Assembly: GCA_963833985.1 (NCBI GenBank)
Contig: CAWIAD010000001.1
Coordinates: 2,048,001-2,112,000, forward strand
Origin: an uncultured Planctomycetaceae bacterium
GTDB taxonomy: Bacteria; Planctomycetota; Planctomycetia; Isosphaerales; Isosphaeraceae
Direction of reading: 5' to 3'
Length of the DNA: 64,000 nt
Shown piece by piece: positions 20,614 through 33,174 of the stretch. The translations under genes were made by a program, and so were the position numbers. The stretch's first letter is position 1. Every line of letters begins with the position of its first letter. The notes under the pieces were generated by a model, which was not told where the DNA came from, made no database searches, and worked only from the letters and a program-made list of their open reading frames with translations.

Positions 20614-23600
20614 TGCTGTGCATGCAATTGCTTTTACTTGATGTTTTGAGGCCTTTCCTGTTGCGCTCCTCGCGCAGGGACTCCGGCAGTTTTCGGGGCC
20701 ACTGGCCGGCATAGCTGACGTTGCGTACGCGCACCTCGGTCTCGTCGGCGTAATGGAAGAGGCCGAAGATCCGCTGATTTGCCGGTTCCAGGCGGCGCAC
20801 GGCGATCTCGGTCTGATTCAGTCGTAATGTCACGCGATCGCCGGCCAGGGACAGCACCAGCCGGTTCCAGTCCTTCGGTTTCAAGGGCAGCGAGGAGGGG
20901 CCGCGCGTGGTATCGGCCTCGGAGCAGGCGTTGTCGGCCTTGAGCCCGTTTCGCTCGAACTGAGCGTCGGTCAGCCAGTGAATCTTCACCCCGTCCGGCT
21001 CCAGCAGGAAGGCCAGGCGGCCGAGCGCGGGGTGGACCATCGTCTCGCCGGGCTCATAGTAAAAGTCGTAGCCGATCTCTCCGTCTTCCAGCAGCGGGTG
21101 ATTATATCGTAAAACGCTCTCCAGTTTTTTTCTGCTTGAATCACCTTGCAGGTGCCCGATGATCTCATCCCCGCGCTTGTCCCAGTCGGCGTCGTTCACG
21201 CCCACCGAGTCGCCGTAATCGTCGGCCAGCCAGCCGGTCAGGTCCGGCAGCGCGCTGAGGTCGAGCCGCTCCGGAATGCTCGGCTGCCCTGAGATTGTGA
21301 TCTTGCGGGCACTCCCCGCGAGATGTCCCTGCGCAAAGAAGGCCAGCCAGGGATCGCACTCGCGGGGCAACGACGCCTCGTGAATCTTGCGGCCATCCAC
21401 GAAGGTTGTCATCCTGCCCGACTTGACGACCAGCCGGAACGGGTACCAATCGCCGATCTTCTCGAAAGGGGGCACGAGCGCCAGGTCCGGCAAGAACCGT
21501 CCGTACTGGTACCGATCCACGTGCTTGAGGTCGTACTTGAGCGCCGCGGCCAGCCCGCCGTAGCTCACGCGGATCTCCCGCCAGTTGAACGAGGTGAGCT
21601 CGCAGTCGAGCTGGAAGTCGCCCCGAAGCGGCGTCGCGAGATAGAAGAAGTCATTGCCATGGCCCGAGAGATGATCAATCTGCCCATCGTGCATGGTCCA
21701 CCGGGAGACCGGCTCGCCGCGGCCGCGCGTCTCGCGCGCGTGTGCGTCACCCGCGCCCAGGGAGCGGACACGGGGTCCGTGCCGGACGGCCTGGCCGCCA
21801 TGGCCGGGTCGGAGAGGACCTGCGCACGGGAGCGCAGGCTCTTGAGCTGCCGCTCCCAGAGGGTCATGCCCATCTTCGACTGCGCGAAGGCAATGGCGGG
21901 ATCCAGCAGCGCCAGGGCGGCCGTGCGCAGCCGCGGGCGCTCGATGGCCCGCGCGCACGCCACGGGCTCGGGCCAGCGCTCCCATGCGGGCACTTCCGGG
22001 CCGACCTTCGCGAGCAGGCCGGCAAGCCGCCGCAGCGACTGCTCCGCGACCACCTCGTCGCCCTGGGCGATCTGGATCAGGATCTCCAGTGCCAGCTTGC
22101 CGCGCGCCCCCGCCGCCCCCTCGGCCGACGCCGTCCGCACCCGATCGGCCAGCTCGTCAAGCTTGCCCAGCGCCCTGGCCGCGTCGACCAGCCCGAGCGC
22201 AGGGGCTTCGAGAACTCCGCCGGTTTGAAGCCGGACCTGCTCTGCCTTTTCCGGTCCCCTGGCCGGATAGCTGGGCGTGAAGCTGCCCTGAAGCCGGAAG
22301 ACGGGGTGATCGACCGACGGCAAGACCCAGGACGCCAGCGCGGGGTAGCGTTCCTCGAGCTTGAGCGTGCGCGCCTGGGCCAGAACCTTGCCGGCCTCCC
22401 GGCAGTAGATATCCTCGCCGATCACGGCATGGCGCGCCTTCCGCTCCGCGACCGAGCCCGCGGCATCGGTCGGCTTGAATACGAGGCGGTCGCGGTCAAC
22501 CGCGGAGAGCGTCTCGGGCCAACGCCCCTTGAGCACGACGTTGCGGACCAGGACCGAGGTTCGCTCCTTGTCGTGGAAGAGGCCGAACTGACGGCTGTTC
22601 TCCGGCTCGAGGCGACGCTGCACGATTTCCTGGCCGTTGAGCCCGATCCGGATCACGTCGCCGGCGAGGCTGGCCTCGACACGATTCCAGTCACCGGCTT
22701 TCAGAGGCAAAGGCGCGGGACCGCGCCGGGATCCGGGCTCGTCGGCCACGTTGTCGGCGGCCAGCCCCGACGGGTCGGCCGGCCCCAGGGTCAGCCAGTG
22801 CAGCCGCACCCCCTCCGGCTCCAGCAAAAACGCCAGCCGATCCAGTGCGGGGTGGACCATCACCTGGCCGGGCTCGTAGCGGAATTCAAAGGACAGCACA
22901 TCTCCGTCGCGCAACGGGCGGCAATAGGTCAGCACGCTTTCACTCGCGGCGGCCGTGGAGACCGTTTCCTGGCCCGGAGCGTCATACTGGCGGCCCTTCA
23001 CGAGGCCGGGCGTCAGGACGCGACGGCCGCGGATCACGCCGTCCTGCGCCGACCAGTCGTAGGCATCGGGATCATCGGGCGCCCGCGGTGTCCGTCTCGC
23101 GGACGCCGAGCGGTTGCGAGTCCGGAGCGACCTGTTCATGGTGTTGCCAAATCGGTCGGTGGTGACGGTCATCCGCCGGGGCGGCTGGGTTTCGTTGTAG
23201 AAGCTGGAAACCCAACCTTCCAGGCGGTCCGCCACGCAGAGCGGCACGGCGCGGGGGATTTCCGGGTTGCCCTTGAGGGTGATTCCGCGCCAGGCCGTGT
23301 GCCGCTCCCTGCGCGTGAAGAGAGCCAGCCAGGGGCTGGTGGGGCTGGGCTCCTTGTCTTCGTAGAATGGGTGGCCATTCACCAGGTAGCGCACCGCGGC
23401 AGGCGTCACCTGGACCGTGATGTCGTTGAAGTCGTTGAGCCGGCTCAGCTTCCAGGGAACTTGCACGGTTTCACTGGCACCGACCGGAAAAACCTGGCTG
23501 AAGTTGCCGATCCAGAACGGCTCGGCGATCAGCCCGGCGTACGAGCAGGCCGCCTCCTGCCAGGAACCGTGAGGCGCTTCGAGGGAGACCTCAAAGCTGC

Positions 23601-26600
23601 CGGCCAGGGGATAGTCGAAGATCAGCAGGTCCTGCTCGGGCCCGGCAATGTGCGCCACATGGCCTTCGTGGCCGATCCAGAGCGCGGGTACCACGCTCTC
23701 GCGCACCGTGGCCGCGCTGCGGTAGCTGGCCGCATGCCAGAGCGGCGTGTGGTTCTCGGCCGCGGCGATGATCGACGGAGCCTCCAGCCGGCGCGCTGCG
23801 CGCTGGCCAGGTCGCGGTGCAAGTTCGTCAAAGCAGCCACATTTTGATATCTTTGAGCTTGCTCGAGCAGAGCTTCCAGCAGGTGCATGCCGGTCTCGCG
23901 GGTAGGCTGGTCCTGCGCGGCCAGGGCCGCGCGGGCGGCAAGGTAATCGGACCAGGGAAAACCGCGCGGCTTCTGGGCATTCGGGCCGGGTCTCATACCC
24001 AGCTGCGGCTGCGCAGGAGCCGCATTCTCCTTGATCAAGGCGGCCAGCCGGTCCTGAAGGCCTGCGCGGGCATCATCGGTCTTGCCTTGCGCCAGCAGGA
24101 GCAGGAGAAGAAGCACGTCGCCGTTCTCGATCTTCTGCTCGGCGGCCGCTCGGACCTGCTGCGCCAGCTCGTTGATGGTCCCGGCTTCCCTGGCGGCGTC
24201 AATGAGGCAGGTCGCGGTGCTGATGAGCGAATCGCTCGATTGGACCTGACCGCCGGAGCGTGCTTCCGCGGACGCCCGAGGTGCGAAGCTAATGGGCGGG
24301 TTGGACGGTGTGTCGAGCGACGCGAGCAAGCGGACCATCCGCCGCGACGGCGCCGGCATGGTCCAGGCTTTCAGGGCGTCGTAACGCTCCCGTGCCGGCC
24401 TGCCGGCGAGCTGCCTGACCAGCAGCCCCAGCACTTCGCCGGCCGGCGGGTCGCCACTACTGTAGCTGGGGGCGTCGACGGATCGGCCCAGCCAGTCCAG
24501 CGTGTCGGTCCAGAGCCCGGCACGGGCGAACTCGGCGGCCACGCGGTGCAACTGGACTTTCCGCTGGTAGAGGACGTAGTCGCCGCCGTAGTAGTCGCTC
24601 AGCGAGCGCTCCATCGCGTCGATGTATTCGCCAAGCTGCTTCCGTCCCGCCGCGACGTCCCCGATCTGGAACTCGTTCCGTGCCAGGATGAGCCGCAACT
24701 GACTCAGCGGCTCCGGCGCGTTCGGGCCCTCGAACGCGTGCACGGCGGCATCGAGCACCTTGACCGCGGCCTTGCGAGTCGCGGCCCGCTCGAGTGCCGG
24801 GAGTGCGGCTGCAAGGGCGAGCTGCGCCGAGGCATGCAGGGTGTCGCGTTTCAGACGCTCGGCAAGGTCGGCCAGCAGGGTGGCCGCGCGGGCATCGTTG
24901 CCCGCCGCCAGGGCAAGCTGTGTCGCAAGTACACTGGCTGCGAGCTGAGCCATGGGCTGTGCCTTGCGCGCTTCGATGGCCTGCTGGAGCGCAGTGATGC
25001 GGTTTGCGCGGCAGGCCCACGCGGCCAGCATGGCTCCCGCGCTGCGGGGCCGGTGTGTACCGCCCTGTGTGATGCCCTGGGCATAAAGGAAGATCTCGGC
25101 CGGGCGGGCGTCAGGCAGCACGGCCTGGCGGAGCGTATCATAGATCAGTTCCGGCGGAGCATTTCGCCTTTGCCAGACGGATTCCAGCTCCGTCAGCAAG
25201 GCAACCACGCGGGGCGTGACCGGATCGGCGGGCTCGACCGGCTCGCCGTTCCGGGTCACCATGCGCACCGTCCGCCGACCGTTCGTGGCGGGCTCGATGT
25301 GCACCGGGGGCCCTCCCTTGAGGGCCTCGCGGGCGGCCCGTGCACTGAGGGCGAAAAGATCATGGGCCGCGGCCAGCTTGGCCACCTCCATGGCCTGCTC
25401 GAAGCGATCGAGCGTCAGCAGCGACACGTTTCCGCGGCCAGCGGGCGCTGGCTGTGGCTGAGTGCTCATGCGGCCCGCGGCTGTGGGCGGCGCCGGGGCC
25501 TGGCCACGCAAGGCGACCTGGCGGATCAGCCGCGTCGGGACGGGATTTACCGGGGCCTGGGTCGTACTCCGCGCCGAGGTCGCCGGCGCAGGTGCGGCCT
25601 GGGGAGGAGGGACGGCCACCGGCGGTGTGCGCCGTGGGACCGCTGGACCCTGGTTCTGGCCGCCGGGCTTCTTGCGCTGGTCGCTCTGGAGAATGGCCTC
25701 CAGCATCCGCTCCCAGGCGGTCTCGGCGGCCTTGCGGTCACCGCGATCCAGCGCGAGCTGCCCGCGCTCGCGGAGCATGGCCAGCGTCCAGCGGTTATCG
25801 GCCTGGCGCCCGGCCGCCTCGAGCGCTCGCTCGGCCAGCCGGTCGCCCGTCTCGCGAAATTCGGGCCTTTGCCAGCACGCCCGCGCCACCAGCCAGAGCG
25901 GAACCTGTTGCAGCGCCAGCGCGCGCTGCCGGGAGTTGGCCCGGGCACCTGGCGGAAGCGGTTCCAGGGGCGCTTGCCGGATGGCCTGGTCGAGACGCTC
26001 GAGCGCTGCCTTGCTCGCGGGCGGGTCGCCGCCGGCCAGGGCGGCCAGGCAGGACGCGACGGCCACGGACAGGTCGCCCGGGTGGCTCTGCCCCAGGCGC
26101 TCGAGCTGCCTGGTCACTTCCTTGAGCCGATCCGGGTGACTGGCGCAGGCCCGGATCGATTCTTCGAACAGGCTCCGCACGCGGATCTGGTCGACGGCGC
26201 GCGGATACACCAGCAAGACCAGGTCCACCAGGGGAGCCTCTTTCCTGGCCGCCTTCTTGCGGCCTTCCCTGGTCTCGTCCTTTCTGGGACTGGTCTTGCC
26301 GGCGTCTTCTCGATCGATGAGCTGGGGCAGGCTGCTTGCCAGGTCCTCGGCGCTCAAGCCCTGGAGCGCCTGGTTCAGCCCATCACGAATCTGCTTGAGC
26401 ATGGACTCGCGATCCATGTAGTAGTTCGGGGCGTCGACCGGCATCGCCTCCGCGGCTGCCAGAGCATCGTTGTAGACGGGCACGGCATCGGTGACGGCCC
26501 CGAGGTCGATGAGCTCTTTCGCGACCGAGGTCTTGCCGGCGACGCGCATTTGCTCGACATATTCCTCCGCGTAACCAGGGAAATCCCTGGGCTTGAGGTA

Positions 26601-29600
26601 CTCGTGCAAGACGCGCCGGGCGTCTTCCTTGCGGCCTTCCCTGATGTAAAGGGTCACCAACCTCTTGATGGGGCTGTTGTCGTACTGGAGGAAGGCATAG
26701 GGATCTTCCTGGCGGTCGTTCAGGCAGCTCTCGTAGACGGTCGACGCCAGATCGCGGATCGCGCCGTGGTTTTCCAGCTCGGAGCCGATGATCCAGGGGA
26801 CGTAGCTCGACAGCGCTTCGTCCTTCGCCAGGTCGAGGACCTCGCGCACCAGTTTCCTGGCCTCGTCGTAGCGGCCCACCCGGCAATCCGCCAGGGCCAG
26901 CAGGGCCTTGCCCGCGTTCCAGTTGGGAAACTTGCGGCGTGCGGTCTCGATCTGGCCGACAAGCTCGTCGAGCCGGTTCTGGCTGACCGCCATGTCGAGC
27001 AGCCGGCCCACCATGCTGTTGACCCGGCCCTCCGAATCGTACGAGAGGATGCGCTCGAAGGCATTCCATTCGCCGTAGGACGAGTAAACGTTCTCCTCCG
27101 GAATCAGGCCCTGGCGGGCATAGTCGTACATCTCGGGCATCTGCCAGAGATCGTTCTGCTGGATGTTGCTGATGAGGTTGGACCGCTCCTCCGGGAAGGC
27201 TTCCCAGGCCCTGCGCAGCAGCTTCATGGCCTGGGGACGCTTGCTCTCATCAGTGAGCATGTTGCTGATCAGGTTGCTGACGACGTAGGACCGGCCCAGT
27301 TGCCGGAGGTCGATCTGATCAAAGATCTCCAGCAGCTCATCGAGCTTGCCGGCTTGCTGGAAGGCGTTCTCGATCTGCCAGTAGCTGCGCGAGAAGAGCG
27401 AAGGCTCCTTCTTGAAGGCGGCCTTGAAGTGCTCGATGGCGGCCGCGGCCTGGCCCTCCTGCACGAGCTGGTTGGCCACCTGATACCGCAGGGCTGCGTC
27501 GTCGGGCCGCAGCTCGGCCACCTTGAGCAGCTCGGCGCGGGCTTTGTCGCGCTGGCCGGCGGCCTTGTAATAGTCCGCCAGAGTTTGATGCAGCGGTACC
27601 GAGCCGGGAGTGGTCTTGAGCTGCTCCTGCGCGCGCTGGAGGAGCGCGTCCAGCTTGCCCGAGCGGGCGAGTACCTGAATGGCCGCCGACCGCGCCTGGT
27701 CGGGATTGATCAGGGAGGAGGAGACGTACGGGTTGGAGGTGTGCTGCGGGGCCGTGCTGCGGAGGATCTGCTGTGCGACCTGCACGGCGGTGTCAACCTT
27801 CTGCTGCCGCTGGTATTGCAGCATGAGCGAGACGAGCACGCTTGCCTTGTTGCCGGCACGGCGGCGGGCGCGGCCGAGGATGGCCTCGGCCAGCTCGTGC
27901 AGCCCAAGCTGGCTCATCTGGCCGGCCAGGCGCACCTGGGTGTCGGTATCCAGCCGCAGGCCGAAGAGCCGCTCGGCCGCCTTGCGGGCGCGCTCCATGT
28001 CGCCGGTACGCACGGCCAGGCGCAGCGCCTGCTCCTCGCGGCGCTGGGTGGTGACGTTGTCCAGCGGCTTGACCTGGTCCACGAGCTGGAGTGCCTCGTG
28101 CGTGTCCCCACGCTGCTCCAGCAGCTCGGCGAGCACCAGCCGCTGGTCGGATTCCAGCCGGGACTGCTGGGCGACCCTGGTGAACTCGGCGATCGCCGCG
28201 TCCTTGTCGTCGTCCCACCACAGCAGGTACGCCAGCGCCAGGCGGGGATAGATCGATTCCGCGTCCGCCCGGGCCTTCTCCGCCTGCTTCCGGAAGTGCG
28301 CGACGAGGTCGCTGGTGAGGTCGTCGTGGCTGAACAAGGCGTAAGCCGTACGCAATACCGTGATCGAGCCGTAATCATAATGCTCGTTCGGCAGCGGGAA
28401 GCTGAGCTGCACGTTGGTTGATGTCTTCCCGGACCAGATCAGGTAGTAAGGGATATTTCCGGATCCGTAGGGGTTGCCGTAGTTGCGCAGCTTGCTGGCG
28501 CCGGACTGCTGCTCATGTCTGCGGCGTGCCAGTGCCAGGTAGCCGTCGAGGAGCTTGAAGACATCGTCGTACGACTTGGAACGGGCACGGACGTACATCC
28601 CCTGGCCAATCGCCCGGGCGGGGCCCTCGAAATAGTAAGTCCCCGTGTAATAACCGCCGCCGGCGGAGGTCTGGATCCGCTCGTACTTCTCGGAGAGAGC
28701 CAGCAGCACCGGGACATCGCCGCGCTCAGCGGCAAGGGTGATCACGCCGGCGATCTGGCCGATCTGCTGGGCGGCCGCGACCGCATCCTGATAGAGCCGC
28801 TCGCCCTGGTCGGTGCGCTGGGCGCGTTTCAGCTCGGTGGCCACGTTCTGAACAATTTGTGCCTGGATCAATTCGGGCCGCTGCTGGCGCAGTTTATGAT
28901 AAGAGGTGATCAGATGCTCAAGCTCGGAGGGAGGAAGCGGGGGCGTATGGTCGGCCGTTTCCTGCGTGTTCCTGGAATAGTAGCGCTGGCCCATGGTGAG
29001 CTGACGGCCTCCCACGGAGGTCAGGATCGTCCACAGGGCCATCGGGTCGTTGGGCGCGGCCTGGCTGAGCGCGCGGGCCGCCTCGTAAGCCTGGTCGTTC
29101 TGGTAGCGAAGCTGGCTCAGGTAGTACCAGTCCCAGAGCTTGCGCGTCTCCGGCGGCTTCCTGTCCCGCTCCGCCCGGAAAGAGGCGAGCCAGGCGGCGG
29201 CGGTCTTGTGCTTCTCGGCCAGCGAGGTCAGCCATCCCAGCGCGGCCATCCGCGCCTGGCCAAAATCCTGAGGTGCCCACTGGTAGACCTGGGATCGATA
29301 GTACGAATCACGCGTTTCAAGCCGGGTGGCGTAGCGCACCTGAGTCACGGCATTGATCCGCTCCTCGATGGGCAGGCTCAGGCCGCGCTGGTAGCGAGAG
29401 GGCGCGCGACCGAGGCAGACAGCCTGGGGTCGCGGGTGTGCGCTTTGGCCAGAGCGCACTTCTCGTCGTCGTTCATGCGCGATTCCAGGCACTGGCGGAA
29501 CTGGGCCGCGGCGTCGTCGTCGCGATTCAAGTTCGCCAGCGCGACGCCCCGGCGATAGGCGGCCTCCCAGTCGCGCGGGTCCTTGCGCAGCAGGCTCTCG

Positions 29601-32423
29601 GTCACTTCCAGCGCGGCCCTGGCCTTGCCATTGGCGATCAGGCTGTCGATCGCCGCGAACACCTTGTCGGCCTGGCTCTTGCCGGCGGCCAGGTTGGTCC
29701 AGACGGACTGGGCCTCGTCCACCTCGCCGAGCTTGACATAGAGCTGTGCCAGCCGGGTCGAGCCCTCGTCGCTGGGAGAGAGCTCCAGGAGCTGCTTCTG
29801 GTACTTCGCCGCACTCTCGAAATCGCCTTCCTCCTCGGCCAGCTTCGAGAGCTGCTGGAGCAACTGAGTGTCACGCGTGTTCGCCGAGAGCAAGCGATCG
29901 AGCTCGGAGCGCGCCATCCCCAGGTCGCCCGAGGACGCATACGCTTGCGCGGTGCAGATGGCGAGCTCGCGCTCCTGGGCCTGCCGCTGGCTCTCGCGCT
30001 GGTTGCCCTGGAGCCGCGCCAGCAGGCGGTCGAACTGGTTGCGCTGGAGGTAAAGGTCGGTCAGCCGCGTGATCACACCGAGCTTCGCCTCCAGGTCCTC
30101 GGCCTTCTCGAAGGCGCGCCAGTAGATCTCGATGGCCTCGTCGGTGCGGTACTGCCCGGCCAGGGTCTCGGCCAGTGTGAGGATGACCTTGGAATCGTTC
30201 GGGTTGACCCGCACGGCCCGGCGCAGGGCGTCCAGCCCCTCGTCGTTCTTGCCAAGCTGGAAGCAAAGCTCGGCGAAGAACTGGTAATGCTCGGGGTTGC
30301 CGGGCGCCGCGGCAATCAGGTCGCGGCCGGCCTTGAGCGCAGCGTCGACCCGGCCAAGCCGGGCTTCCAGCTTGGCCACTCCGGTGAGGTGCTCGGTGCG
30401 GTTGCGGCGATCGACGTCGGCCAGCCGGCGATAGGCGTCGGCCGCATCACCCAGGCTGCCGGCGGCCTCGCGCAGCCGGGCGGCGAGCGTCCAGGCGGGG
30501 ATCGATCGCGGGTCCAGCGTGACGGCCTGCTCCACCGACCTGACGGCATCGGCCGGCTTCGCTTCAGCCTCCAGGTACCGCGCCAGCCGGGCGTAGAGCC
30601 GCGATTGCACTTCGGCCGGCGCCTGGGATGCCCGGCCCCTGTCAAGCTCGGCGCGGATGGCCGCGATCTGGGCGGCGAGATGGCCCGCGGCCTGGTCGTT
30701 CTTCACGATGGCTTCCAGCGCCGCGCTCTTCTCCTCGTCCTTTTCCGCCAGCTTTTCGGCCTCGGCGAGCTGGATGCGGGCGTCGTCGAAGCGGTTGGCG
30801 CGATAGAGCAGCTCGGCCAGCTTCATGCGCAGCGTGAAGTCATCGCCCTCGAGCGCGACGGCCTCCGACATGGGCTTGATCGCCGGCTCGAGATAACCGA
30901 ACCCGGCAAGGACCTCGCCCAGCCTGGCCAGGTTCTTGGCGTTCCGGTTGCTTCCCTCGGCGATCCTGGCCCAGGTGGCCTGGGCCTCCGCTGGACGCTT
31001 CAGCGCGTGCAGATATTCGCCCAGGTATTCGTGATATTGCGGGTTGGCTGGCGCCAGCTCCGAGGCCTTGCGGTACAGGTCCAGGGCCTCTTCGGGCATG
31101 TCGGCCTGGCGGAAGAGGTCGGCGACCTGTGCGGTCGTCACGGCGTCGTCCGGCCTGGTCTGGAGCAGCCGGCGCCAGACCGCGGCTGCGGCGGTCTTGC
31201 GGTCGGCTTCAGGTCTTGCGGTATCACGCAGCAGCAATCCGCCCCAGTCGCGCAAGGTGTCGGGGTTGTTCGGCTCGGCCTTGTCCATGGCTTCATACTG
31301 GGCCGCGGCCTCGGCGAACCGCTTGTCCTGGGCAAGCTGACCGATGAGCGCAAGCCGCAGCTCGCGGCGCGAGGGGGCCAGCGCCACGGCCTTCTCGTAC
31401 CACTTCTGCGCCGCGGCCGCCTGCCCCTGCGCGGCCAGGGTCCGGCCCACGCGCACCAAAGCGTCGACATCCTCCGGGTTCCTGGCGATCCAGCGCTCGT
31501 AATACGCCACCAGCCCGGCCTGATCGCCGTTCTTCAGGAAGACCTCCTCGATCCGGTGCCGCACCTCGCGGTACAGCCAGCTCTCGGGGCGCAGCTTGCC
31601 AAGCAGGCTCTCGAAGTCACGCAGGGCCGGCTCGGTCTGCCCCAGGCGAACCTTCAGGTCGGCCGCCTGCATGGCCAGTTGCACCTTGCGGAAGGGGTCG
31701 GTCACCCGGGCGGCCAACGCCTCGAAGCGCGCGAGTGCCGCGGCCGCCTGCCCCTCCTCGGCCAGGGCCGTGGCAATCTGCTCCTGGACCCGCAGGTCGC
31801 CGGGGAAGAGCGCCTCGAGCCGGTTCCAGACGGCCAGCGCCTGCTCCGTCTTCTCGGTGCGCTGGTACACCCGGCCCAGAGTCTGGAAGATGTCCATGAG
31901 GTCCGCGCGCGGGGGCTTGCGCCAGTCCCCGCTCGAAGGCGGCCGCGGCCTCGTCCGGCTGGCCCACCAGCACCAGCGCCTGCCCCAGGTAGTAGCAGGA
32001 GAGCGGATCATCGGGCCGGGTCTGCTCGGCCTTCCGGAAGGCGGCGACCGCGGCCGCGTCACGCCCGCGCTGCGACTCCAGCAGCCCGAGAATTATCCAG
32101 GCGACGCCATCGTCCGGGTGCTTCGCCGTCCGCTCGGCATAGGTCTTCACGAAGGCGTCCAGCGTGCCGCGCTCCACGTGATAGCCGTACACGCGGTCGA
32201 GCGCCGTCCCCTTCCGCGGCGCCCGTTCCAGCAGGCTCAGGAACCGCCGCGTCATCTCCTCTTGCCGTTTCTCTTCGGCCGCCGCCGGGTCGACCTCACT
32301 CGCTTGCGGCGCGGGGGAACGGGACGACGAGCCGGCGTGCTGAGCGAAACCGTGCCTGGCGCACGCACCGGCCAGAAACATGCCCGCGATCAAAGCGCAC
32401 AAAAGCTTGCCTGGCCACGACAT
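20504..32423 (-). CDS. Giant (~3,900 aa) secreted TPR protein with duplicated C-terminal DUF1583-like module (4 apparent frameshifts)
   Basis: Five consecutive overlapping minus-strand ORFs read as one protein across junctions at ~31920, ~29403, ~23792 and ~21735. AAGGA RBS, signal peptide MSWPGKLLCALIAGMFLAG, many TPR-like helix pairs, and two copies of YEPG..MVHPAL.RLAFLLEP.GV..HWLT. The true stop may be 20634. Confidence 0.85.
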
Positions 32424-33174
32424 GATGCGGTCCTTGATGAAGACGGGAGCCGGAAAGGACGCACGGGCCGCCCCGAGAGCCAACTCGCGCAGGATAGCCA
32501 CTCCGAAAAGCATCGTCAATTAATCCAGCGAATCGCTTGCGAGCCGCCTCGACAGCCACGGCCTCCTCGAGCGCGGCGCCGACGCACCAATTCGCGGCCC
32601 CGGCTTCCGCCGCAGTGCCCGGATATCTCCGACACTTGTAGGATGTGTCTAGCGCAGCGACGACACACCGAACCAATCACCGCGCGACCGATAGACCACC
32701 GAGCACTGCTGGGCCGGCGATGATCAGAAAAAGCGGACCATGCCACACGATTCACTTGACCGACGCCGACGCCGGATTTACCTTCAGCGATTGTCCCGAT
32801 GACGCATCTCCTGATCTGGTCTCTGTGACTCGTCCGCTCGCGGCTCTGAGGGCAACACAATCGGCGAGCTCCAGCTCTCGAGGGGCGACGTGTGGAGGTT
32901 CGGCTCCGACGACCTCAACCGCAACCGCAACCCCATAACGAGCGCGGTCACGAAGAGCTCGGGAAGCACGAAGCCGGAGCGGGAGAACTCGACGTTGGGT
33001 GCGACGGGCCGCCCTTACAGCGCCGCCGCCTGGAGCGCCGGGACCGCAGGCTGCCTGCCTTGGAATATGGCCTCCGACCAGGGGAGGGCAGCTCCGAGCC
33101 ATGCATAAACAGAAAGCATGATCACGGCGTCTATCCCAGATTGCCCAGTCGTCGTCGGAGAAATGCAATATCCC

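Noticed and set aside
23817..32425. 1534-aa and 995-aa plus-strand ORFs
   Set aside because: Antisense to the giant TPR gene; stop-poor mirror frames.
20504..32519. Reading the giant locus as five separate genes or a decayed pseudogene
   Set aside because: The internal pieces lack convincing RBS/starts, the protein reads through each junction after a 1-2 base fix, and the same kind of break hits conserved kdpC and GAFTGA motifs elsewhere.
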